A program made the translations under genes and the position numbers. Below, piece after piece: positions 9,740-17,682 of a stretch of 64,000 nt of DNA. The stretch spans positions 96,001 through 160,000 of the forward strand of contig OZ245033.1 in the NCBI GenBank assembly GCA_965224025.1. Reading direction: 5' to 3'. Within the stretch, counting starts at the first letter, position 1. Each line of letters opens with the position of its first letter. A model generated the notes under the pieces. It was given only the letters and a program-made list of their open reading frames with translations, was not told where the DNA came from and ran no database searches. This stretch comes from Candidatus Multivorans sp. (lineage in GTDB: Bacteria; Acidobacteriota; Thermoanaerobaculia; Multivoradales; Multivoraceae).

Positions 9740-11068
9740 GTGGACAAACCGATCGCACGCGTTCTCAATCTGATCGACGACAGCGAGCAGCGCCTGTGGA
9801 ACCTGACGCCGGACGAGGCCCGGCAACGGCTGCCGCGAGGCCCCGAGGCGGTGCTCGGCATCGACGGGTCGTTCGCGCTCGCCGCCCGCCGCGGAGTGGA
9901 CGTCGTCATGGCCCGCAGCCTCGACCGGCCGATGCGCTACTTCCTGGCCAAGGAGTCCTCCGGGCCGATGCTGGTCATCGCCCAGCGCATCGACGAGATC
10001 AGGGACCGCCTCGAGGCGGAGGGCTACCTCGACCAGTTCCACCCCACCTACACGCGGATGGTCCCGGCGCATCACGCCACGACGCTGCGCCTGATCGGCT
10101 GCCCCGACCCGAACCCGATTCACGAGCGCTTCTTCGATCCGCCGCGAGGCACGTTGCCGCCCGACCTCGATCTGGTCGGCGAACGGTACGTCGAGGCGCT
10201 GATGTTCGAGCTCCGCCGCTGGCTGGCCGCGATGCCGGAGGACAGGGCGCGCGAGCCGATCGGGGTCTGCTTCTCCGGCGGCATCGACAGCGGCGCCGTG
10301 CTGGTGGCCTTGAGCCGCGCGTTGCTCGAGGCCAACTCAAGCGCCGTCCGGCTCAAGGCGTTCACGCTTCGGGTCGGCGACGGCGCCGGCGACGCCGCCC
10401 AGGCGCGCGAGTTCCTCCGGCGCATGGACCTCGAGATGCTGGGCGAGGAGGTCGCGGCCGGCGCCGAGGCGGTCGATCCGCTGCGGGCGGTCGAGGTGAT
10501 CGAGGACTACAAGGCGCTCGACGTCGAGTGCGCCGCGGTCGGTCTGGCGCTGCTGCGCGGCATCCGGGCGCGCTATCCCGACTGGCGGCTCCTGGTGGAC
10601 GGCGACGGCGGCGACGAGAACCTGAAGGACTACCCGCTGGAGGAGAACCACGAGCTCACGATCACCAGCGTGGTCGGCAACTCGATGCTCTACCAGGAGG
10701 GTTGGGGCATAGGCATGATCAAGCACTCCCAGACCTACTCGGGCGGCCTGGGGCGGGCCGCCGTCCGCACCCACGCGCCGGCCCGGCTGCTCGGCTTCGA
10801 GGGTTTCAGTCCGTTCACAAGGCCGGCGGTGATCGCCGTGGCCGAGGCGATCCCCTTCGACACGCTGGTCGGCGGCTCGCACGAGGCCCTGTACGAGCTC
10901 AAGGGCGAGGTCGTGCGGCGGGGCATGAAGCGGGTGCTCGGCATCGACTTCCCGGTCTTCCCCAAGCGCCGCTTCCAGGAGGGCGCGGCGTCGGAGGACG
11001 TGTTCGCCGCCGCCTTCGACCGTCCGCCCGAGCAGTACCGCCGCCACTTCCAGTCGCTCTACACCTAG
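9740..11068 (+). CDS. Asparagine-synthase-like ATP-dependent amide ligase (no N-terminal catalytic Cys)
   Basis: GGGAGG RBS + GTG 9740; PP-loop FSGGIDS; DGDGGDE; SPF and K...PKRRFQ tail. Confidence 0.8.
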   Translation: MDKPIARVLNLIDDSEQRLWNLTPDEARQRLPRGPEAVLGIDGSFALAARRGVDVVMARSLDRPMRYFLAKESSGPMLVIAQRIDEIRDRLEAEGYLDQFHPTYTRMVPAHHATTLRLIGCPDPNPIHERFFDPPRGTLPPDLDLVGERYVEALMFELRRWLAAMPEDRAREPIGVCFSGGIDSGAVLVALSRALLEANSSAVRLKAFTLRVGDGAGDAAQAREFLRRMDLEMLGEEVAAGAEAVDPLRAVEVIEDYKALDVECAAVGLALLRGIRARYPDWRLLVDGDGGDENLKDYPLEENHELTITSVVGNSMLYQEGWGIGMIKHSQTYSGGLGRAAVRTHAPARLLGFEGFSPFTRPAVIAVAEAIPFDTLVGGSHEALYELKGEVVRRGMKRVLGIDFPVFPKRRFQEGAASEDVFAAAFDRPPEQYRRHFQSLYT

Positions 11069-11116
11069 GTCAAGAACCTGCGCGGACGTTCCTTGCATCG
11101 CTCCGATCTTTGGAGA

Positions 11117-11206
11117 CCCGGGCGGCGCGATCCGCGCCACTCGCGAACCACTCCGTGCGCCCGTCATCGGACGCACGGAAGGGACGCGGGCATCTTGCCC
11201 GCATCC
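11117..11206 (+). repeat. Double-hairpin repeat copy 2 followed by a REP-like unit
   Basis: cccgggcggcgcgatccgcgccactcgcgaaccactccgtgcgcccgtcatcggacgcacgga, then acgcgggcatcttgcccgcatcc. Confidence 0.8.
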
Positions 11207-11225
11207 GGCGTGTAGCGCCGGCTTC

Positions 11226-12261
11226 GTGGGCTCTATCGTGGGGTTCGACCTGGTCGACAGTTCACGGGCCGCTGAGGTCCGGGCGCTTCGTCCGCCGCGG
11301 CCGGTGCTCGACCCCTGGCGGCCCCAGGGGGTGACGGTCGAGCTGGAGCGGGCGCCCGGCGGTGAGCTCCGTCCGTCGGCGACCGTGTTCCTGACCGGGG
11401 CCGAGTGTCCGTTCACTTGCGTCTTCTGCGACCTGTGGCGGTACACGGTCGACGGACCGACGCCGAAGGGCGCCCTGCCGGCGCAGTTGCGATCGGCCCT
11501 CAAGAGCCTGCCCGGTCTGCTCAGCGAGGCGGGACTCGACCGCTGCGACCGGCTCAAGCTCTACAACGCGAGCAACTTCTTCGAGCCGCGCGCGGTGCCG
11601 GAGGCGGACCTGGAGCCGATCGCGCGCCTCGCCGACGGGTTCGAACGGGTGATCGTCGAGTGCCACCCGCGGCTGGTGGACGAGCGGGTGCGCCGTTTCG
11701 CCGACCGGCTCCAGGGTCGCCTGGAGGTGGCGATGGGGCTGGAGACGGTGCACCCGCAAGCCCTGCCGCGGCTCGGCAAGCAGTTGACCCTGGACCAGTT
11801 CGACCGGGCCGCTTCGCGACTCGTGGCGGACGGCGTCGACCTGCGGGCGTTCGTGCTCGTGGGCGTGCCGTTCGTGCCGGCGGCGGAGCAGGCCCATTGG
11901 GCGGCAGCGAGCGTGCGACACGCGGCTGCGGCCGGCGCTCGGTCGGTGGCGCTGATTCCGGTGCGGGGCGGCAACGGCGAACTGGAGCGGCTTGAGCGGC
12001 TCGGAGAGTTTCAGCCCCCCGGACCTGGCCCTGGTTGAGGAGTCGTTGGCGTTGGGGCTTGAGGTCGCCGCTTCGCGGCGGCGCGTTGCCCGCGGGTCGG
12101 AAGACCCGCGTCACCTGGCGGCAGTCCAGGTCGACCCGTGGGACCTCGAACGCGTCGCTTCGGCGTGCGGCGCCTGCCGGGCTTCCCGCACTCAGGCGAT
12201 CCGGGAGATGAACGGCACCGCCGAACCGCGGCGGACGGCGTGCGATGACTGCGGCGGCTGA
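11226..12261 (+). CDS. Radical SAM protein (RaSEA/Elp3-MiaA-NifB-like), split by a 1-base frameshift at C6 run 12015-12020
   Basis: CPFTCVFC (CxxxCxxC); KLYNASNFF; VECHP; EVAMGLET. Removing one C joins GEFQPP to DLALVEESL...CGAC...CDDC. Confidence 0.8.
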
Positions 12262-12332
12262 ACGCCGCGAAGAGGGTCGTTGCGCGGCCGCAACCGCCGC
12301 GCTGGTCAGAAGACCCGTCACATGGGGATGGT

Positions 12333-13922
12333 TTGGAGCGGCGTGAAGTAGTTGTTGCCGGCGGGGGCTTCGCCGGGTCGATTCTGGCGCGCGCGCTTCA
12401 CGCCGACGGCCGCGACGTGCTGCTGCTCGAGCGCGGACGCCATCCGCGGTTCGCGCTCGGCGAGTCGTCGACGCCGCTCGCCAACCTGGCCCTGGAGCGG
12501 CTGGCGGTGCGCTACGGGTTCGAGGACCTGTGGACGCTGGCCGCCCACGGCCGCTGGCGGCGCAAGCTGCCCGAGGTCGGCGGGGGATTGAAGCGGGGCT
12601 TCTGCTTCTACTCCCACCGTCCGGGTCAGGCCTTCGCGCCGGATGCCGCCGGCGGTCGCCGCCTGGTCGTGGCCGCGTCGCCGGACGACGATGCCGCCGA
12701 CAACCAGTGGCTGCGCGCCGACGTGGACCGTTTCCTGTTCGAGCGTGCGCGAGCCGAGGGCGTGGACTGCCGGGAGGAAACGGCGGTCGAGGGGGTTTCC
12801 GTTCCGGGTGGTCCGGACGCCGAGCCGGTTCGGCTCCAAGCCGGCGGCCGCGTCGTCGAGGCCGGCCTCCTGGTCGACGCGACCGGCGGCTCGCCACTCG
12901 CCGAACAGCTTGGCGCATGCTCGCTGCCGCCGCGGCTGCAGACGACCCTCGTGTACTCGCATTTCGACGGTATCGCTCCCTTCGACCGCGACGGCTGCTG
13001 GCCGGATTCGCCCTTTGGCGAGCGCTGGAGCGCCGCCCACCACCTGCTGGAGGAGGGCTGGATGTACCAGCTCCGCTTCAACGACGGTTCGGTGAGCGCG
13101 GGCGTCCTGCTTCCGGACGACCGGCCCGCGGCGGCCGCGGCCATCGAGAGGCTCGCCGGCAAGGGCGGCGCGGCTGCGTCCGAGGCCAGCGCCACCTTTG
13201 CCGGGCTGCTCGGTCGTTACCCGTCGCTGGCGAACCAGTTCGCCGGCCACCGGGCTCTGCGGCCGGTGGCTGCGCGCTCCGGCGTGGCCTACCGCCGCGA
13301 CCGGGCCGTGGGGCCGGGCTGGCTGCTTCTGCCCCACAGCTACGCCTTCGCCGACCCCATGTTCTCGACCGGCATCGCCTGGAGCCTGCTCGCCGTCGAG
13401 CGGATCGCCGGGCTGTGCCGGTACGGGCCGCCGGCGCCGGCGGCAGTCGAAACGTATGGCCGGCTACTCGCCGCGGAGGCGGACCACATCGACCGGCTGC
13501 TGGCCGCCGCCTACCGGCTGATGTGTGACTTCGAGAGCTTCACCGCCGTCGCCATGGCCTACTTTGCGGCAGCGAGCTTCGACGAACTGCGCCAGCGGCT
13601 GCTCGACCCCCCGGACGAAGGCTGGTGCTGGCAGGGCTTCCTGGGCGCGGACGAAGAGGTTCGCCGCGGGCTGTTCGAGGGACTGGACGAGCGCTCCGCT
13701 GGACCCGGGATGGCTCCGAAGCTGACGGACTGGATCGGGCCGGCGATCGAACCCCGCAATCTGATCGGCCTCGACGACCCGCGTCGGCGGAATGTCTACC
13801 CGGTCGACCTGGCGGACATCGAGCGCCGACACGACCAGATCGCGGCCCGTCTGGGAGTGGGGGCGGATGAGGTGCGGCGGCGGTGGCGCCGGCTGCGGAG
13901 CCCGGAGCGGATGCCGGGATAG
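12333..13922 (+). CDS. FAD-dependent halogenase-like oxidoreductase (PrnC-like)
   Basis: VAGGGFAG; HPRFALGESS; GLKRGF (candidate catalytic Lys); GWMYQLRF in place of WxWxIP; FADPMFSTG. Confidence 0.75.
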   Translation: MERREVVVAGGGFAGSILARALHADGRDVLLLERGRHPRFALGESSTPLANLALERLAVRYGFEDLWTLAAHGRWRRKLPEVGGGLKRGFCFYSHRPGQAFAPDAAGGRRLVVAASPDDDAADNQWLRADVDRFLFERARAEGVDCREETAVEGVSVPGGPDAEPVRLQAGGRVVEAGLLVDATGGSPLAEQLGACSLPPRLQTTLVYSHFDGIAPFDRDGCWPDSPFGERWSAAHHLLEEGWMYQLRFNDGSVSAGVLLPDDRPAAAAAIERLAGKGGAAASEASATFAGLLGRYPSLANQFAGHRALRPVAARSGVAYRRDRAVGPGWLLLPHSYAFADPMFSTGIAWSLLAVERIAGLCRYGPPAPAAVETYGRLLAAEADHIDRLLAAAYRLMCDFESFTAVAMAYFAAASFDELRQRLLDPPDEGWCWQGFLGADEEVRRGLFEGLDERSAGPGMAPKLTDWIGPAIEPRNLIGLDDPRRRNVYPVDLADIERRHDQIAARLGVGADEVRRRWRRLRSPERMPG

Positions 13923-13958
13923 GGCGGTTGTGTTGTTGTGCGCAAGTCTCCGCCCTCC

Positions 13959-14855
13959 TCAGGGCGGCCCGATCAGCTCGTTCACCGAGCTCTCGAAGCC
14001 GGTCTCGGGCCGGTCCCGCCGCAGGCGGCGAGCGGCCAAGCCTTCGATGATGCGCTGAGGCTGGATCGAGCGCTGCCGCAATCGGTGGGCATCCAGCAGG
14101 TCGGCGGACAGGGCCAGCGCGGCGGCCCGGTCGGCCCGGTCGTCCAGGTCGCGGGCTGCCGCGGCCAGCGCGCCGGCAATTCGGGTCCAGCACCGGCGCG
14201 CGCGGATGTCCTCGAAGCCTCCTGCCTGGACCAGGCGGCCGGCGAGGGCCGAGACCCACAGGGCGAAGGCGTCGTCGCCGGGCCGCTGTCGCCAGAGGTC
14301 GACCAGATCGGATGCGAGGTCCTCGTCGACATCGTCGCTCACGGCCTGGCCGGCGCCCAGGTAGACGGCCAGCGACCGGCTGCGCAGGGTGGGCAGCAGC
14401 TCGTTGGCCGACGAGGCCAGCAGCAGGAAGTTCCTGGGCGACCTGTCGGCCGGCTCCTCAAGGGTCTTGAGCAGCACGTTCGCTCCGGCCGGATGCAACG
14501 TCTCCGCTTCGACGATGACGAACACCTGGCCCCGGGCCTCGAATGGCGACACCTGGGCCGTCCGCAGGAGGGTTCGGACCTTGTCGACGGCGATGACCGT
14601 CTCCCTCTTCTTCGGGTCGCGGCGCACGAACACGAAGTCGGGATGGAAGACCTTGTCGGCCTCGAGGTCGATCCGCCGGCAATGCCTGCAGGCGCCGCAG
14701 GGGCGCTCTTCCGGCGCCCGTTCGCACAGCAGTGCCCGGGCGATCTGGTTGGCAAGGGCAAGCCGCTCCTTCGCCTCGCCCCCGTGGAGGATCACCGATG
14801 GATACAGCCGGCCCGCGGCAGCGAGTTCGGGTAGTTGCTCCGGGGTCCGAGTCAT
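13959..14855 (-). CDS. holB: DNA polymerase III delta' subunit
   Basis: LLC...PCGACRHC, HPDF, ANVLLKTLEEP, LLPTLRSRS; ATG overlaps the tmk stop. Confidence 0.88.
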   Translation of the reverse strand: MTRTPEQLPELAAAGRLYPSVILHGGEAKERLALANQIARALLCERAPEERPCGACRHCRRIDLEADKVFHPDFVFVRRDPKKRETVIAVDKVRTLLRTAQVSPFEARGQVFVIVEAETLHPAGANVLLKTLEEPADRSPRNFLLLASSANELLPTLRSRSLAVYLGAGQAVSDDVDEDLASDLVDLWRQRPGDDAFALWVSALAGRLVQAGGFEDIRARRCWTRIAGALAAAARDLDDRADRAAALALSADLLDAHRLRQRSIQPQRIIEGLAARRLRRDRPETGFESSVNELIGPP

Positions 14856-15499
14856 GCGTCGGTCGTCCAGTTGCTCCGCAGCGGATCGAGGATGTCGCTC
14901 AGCGCTTCCTCGACAGTTTCCGCGACGGTTTCGATCGGCGCCGCCGCGTCGATGACGCGAAAGCGATCCGGCTCGCCGGCGATCCGTTCCTGGAACGCTG
15001 CATGGACCCGGCGGTAGAAGGCCAGGCTCTCCCGGTCGATGCGGTCGGCGGTGCGACCGCGCCGCCGCCGCCGCGCCTCCTCCGGCGGCAACTCGAAGAA
15101 GAGGGTGCGGTCTGGCGCGCGGCAGCCGGTGACGAGCCTGTCCGCCTCGGCGATCAACTCCGCCTGCACGCCCCGGCCACCGCCCTGGTACGCGTAAGTG
15201 GAATCCGTGAAGCGATCGCACAGGACGACCGCGCCCCCGGCCAGGGCCGGGTCGATCACTTCGATCAGGTGCTGGCGGCGGCTGGCGAACACGAGCATGA
15301 GCTCGACCACGCCGTCGACCTGAGCCGCCTCCCTTCTCAGGAACAACTCGCGCAAGAGGTCGGCGAAGGGCGTGCCACCGGGCTCCCGGGTGACCACGTG
15401 GGCGACTCCATGGCGTTCGAGGCGCGCCGCCACGCGTTCGAGCTGCGTCGACTTGCCGCTGCCGTCGAGGCCCTCGAAGGTGATGAACTGGCCGGGCAT
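14852..15499 (-). CDS. tmk: Thymidylate kinase
   Basis: FITFEGLDGSGKSTQ, TREPGGT, LCDRFTDSTYAYQG. Confidence 0.96.
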   Translation of the reverse strand: MPGQFITFEGLDGSGKSTQLERVAARLERHGVAHVVTREPGGTPFADLLRELFLRREAAQVDGVVELMLVFASRRQHLIEVIDPALAGGAVVLCDRFTDSTYAYQGGGRGVQAELIAEADRLVTGCRAPDRTLFFELPPEEARRRRRGRTADRIDRESLAFYRRVHAAFQERIAGEPDRFRVIDAAAPIETVAETVEEALSDILDPLRSNWTTDA

Positions 15500-15589
15500 C
15501 CGGTGGCCATGCTAGGAGTGTCCGCAGCGTTGTCGCTGCGCTGTCGCGCAGGGAACAGGCAGCGAGTAGCCAACGTTACAGCGGCGTCG

Positions 15590-15785
15590 TGGGTTCATAG
15601 AGTTGGCCGCGCTGGGCAGCGAGGCCGCGCAGGCACTGGTGTGTTGGCGCCCGACTAGGAGTTTGGCCCGGACCGTGATCGGCGCTCTGACGCTGGCGGC
15701 GCGGCTTGTGTCGCGACCCCGTATGCAAGATTGAGCTTTTCGCCGCGGTCTCTGCCCAGCGCGACGATTGGATTCTACATCTACG
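15590..15785 (+). ncRNA. Putative IS110 bridge RNA (extent approximate)
   Basis: About 280-nt non-coding left end containing CTAGGAGT (15655-62, same as 15512-19) and ATGCAAGA (15723-30, same as 17164-71). Confidence 0.55.
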
Positions 15786-15796
15786 GGAGGCAGGGG

Positions 15797-17116
15797 ATGG
15801 CAAAGCGGAAGGCGGAGCGTCTGGAAGTCGTTCACCCGGATTGCGCCGGTGTGGACGTAGGCAAGCGCAAGCACTACGTGGCGGTGGCCCCGTCGCGTTT
15901 CGAGCGGCCGGTGCGCAATTTCTCGTCGTTCACGGAGGACCTCGAGGCGATGGCCTCGTGGCTTCAGGAGTGCGGCGTGCGTGAGGTGGCGCTGGAGTCG
16001 ACGGGGGTGTACTGGATTCCGGTGTTCGAGGTGCTGGACCGGGCGGGGTTCGAGGTGCATCTGGTGAATCCTCGGGCGACCAAGCAGGTGAGTGGCCGCA
16101 AGAGTGACGTTCTGGACTGCCAGTGGATCCGGCAGTTGATGAGCTACGGGCTCCTGCGCGGTGCGTTTCGCGCGCCGGACGAGTTGTGTCCGCTGCGTTC
16201 GTACACGCGGCAGCGCGCCCAGTTGGTCCGCGACCGCAGCCGCGCGGTGCAGCACATCCAGAAGGCTCTGGTGCAGATGAACGTGCAGTTGGACAACGTG
16301 CTGAGCGACATCATGGGCAAGACCGGCCAGTTGATCGTGCGCGCGATCGTCGCCGGCGAGCGCGACGGCGCGGCGCTGGCCCGTCACCGGGACGGTCGCT
16401 GCAAGGCTGGTCCGGCTGTGATCGCGGCGAGTTTGCAAGGCAACTGGCGAGACGAGCACCTGTTCGCTCTGGGCCAGGCGCTGGCCCGCTACGACATGCT
16501 GCAAGGCCAGATCGAGATGTGCGAGAAGCGCATCGACGCCGAGCTCGACGGCCTGGCCCAAGACGGCGTCGAGGACGCGCCGCCGCCCGGTTCGAAGGCG
16601 CGCGAGCGCGCCCTGCGGAAGCGGCTGCATCGCATGCTCGGCGTGGACCTGGTCGCCATTCCGACGGTCGGCGTCGAAACCGCGCTGACCTTCGCCGCTG
16701 AGATCGGCCCGGACCTGTCCCGGTTTCCCTCGCAGGGCAACTTCTGCTCGTGGCTGTGTCTGGCTCCACCGACCAACATCAGCGGCGACAAACGGCTGAA
16801 CGGCCCTCCCGTGAAGCAGACCAACCGGGTCGGCCAGACGCTGCGCCAAGCCGCCACCACAGCCCGCAACAGCAAGACCGCCATCGGAGCCTCTCACCGC
16901 CGGCGTCTCCAGCACATGGAGAAGGCGAAGGCCATCAAGGCCACCGCTCATCAACTCGGCCGACTGATCTACGCCATGCTGACCCACGGCGAAGAGTACG
17001 TCGAGCGCGACCTCGCCGAAATGGAGGCCGTCCGACGCGAACGACAAATCAGAAACCTGCAGCGTCAGGCCCGCCGCCTGAATCTGGCTCTCGTGCCGAC
17101 CGAACATGCCGCCTGA
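15797..17116 (+). CDS. IS110 family DEDD transposase/recombinase
   Basis: GVDVGK, ALESTGVYW, KSDVLDC, FCSWLCLAP..ISGDKR; RBS GGGAGG. Confidence 0.95.
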   Translation: MAKRKAERLEVVHPDCAGVDVGKRKHYVAVAPSRFERPVRNFSSFTEDLEAMASWLQECGVREVALESTGVYWIPVFEVLDRAGFEVHLVNPRATKQVSGRKSDVLDCQWIRQLMSYGLLRGAFRAPDELCPLRSYTRQRAQLVRDRSRAVQHIQKALVQMNVQLDNVLSDIMGKTGQLIVRAIVAGERDGAALARHRDGRCKAGPAVIAASLQGNWRDEHLFALGQALARYDMLQGQIEMCEKRIDAELDGLAQDGVEDAPPPGSKARERALRKRLHRMLGVDLVAIPTVGVETALTFAAEIGPDLSRFPSQGNFCSWLCLAPPTNISGDKRLNGPPVKQTNRVGQTLRQAATTARNSKTAIGASHRRRLQHMEKAKAIKATAHQLGRLIYAMLTHGEEYVERDLAEMEAVRRERQIRNLQRQARRLNLALVPTEHAA

Positions 17117-17297
17117 ATCGCGCAACCTGCGCTGCCAACAAGGAACCCCTACCCGTTTGTTCCATGCAAGACTGCGCTGCGTCCGCGCAGCGCAGGGAGT
17201 TTGCGGCACAAGGTCATGGCAAGGACGGGATGGGCCGAAACTCCGAGCCTGCGAGGCGTTTCGGGGCGGTATGGGCGACGGTGTACTATGCCCGCTC

Positions 17298-17552
17298 TTG
17301 AGCAATCAACCCGACCCGTCCGCCTACTGGCGAGCGAACCTGCGACTGATGGCGATCCTCCTCGCCGTCTGGTTCTCCTGTTCCTACGTGCTCGGCATCT
17401 TCCTGGTCGAGCCGCTGAACGGCGCCCGGGTGGGCGGTTTCCCGCTCGGATTCTGGTTTGCGCACCAGGGATCGATCTACGTCTTCGTCGTTCTGATTCT
17501 GGTCTACGCGGCGGTCATGGACCGTCTCGACCGCCGCTACGGAGTCGACTGA
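17298..17552 (+). CDS. DUF4212 small membrane subunit of a solute:sodium symporter
   Basis: YWRANLRL...GFPLGFWFAHQGSI...MDRLDRRY; TTG start 8 nt after TACTAT. Confidence 0.85.
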   Translation: MSNQPDPSAYWRANLRLMAILLAVWFSCSYVLGIFLVEPLNGARVGGFPLGFWFAHQGSIYVFVVLILVYAAVMDRLDRRYGVD

Positions 17553-17682
17553 GGCGCTCGGGCGAGCCTCGTCGAACCGACCCATCTGACCGCGAGCGAA
17601 TGACGACGCACGGGCGCTGCCAGCACCGCCAGGCACGTTCTCGGCGTCGACACGGCCGAGGGCAACGACCAGGGCGACACTC

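Larger units (their letters stand above)
15517..17170 (+). mobile_element. IS110 family insertion sequence (boundaries inferred from an AG core at both junctions)
   Basis: DEDD recombinase with long upstream non-coding end; no terminal inverted repeats; junctions CTAGG[AG] and ATGCA[AG]. Confidence 0.7.

Noticed and set aside
9260-11068. Lasso peptide cluster
   Set aside because: No leader peptidase, RRE or precursor peptide found; the ORF-track N-terminal extension overlaps another gene
14856-15221. N-terminal extension of HolB in the ORF track
   Set aside because: Overlaps tmk in another frame; ATG 14855 coupled to the tmk stop is the sensible start
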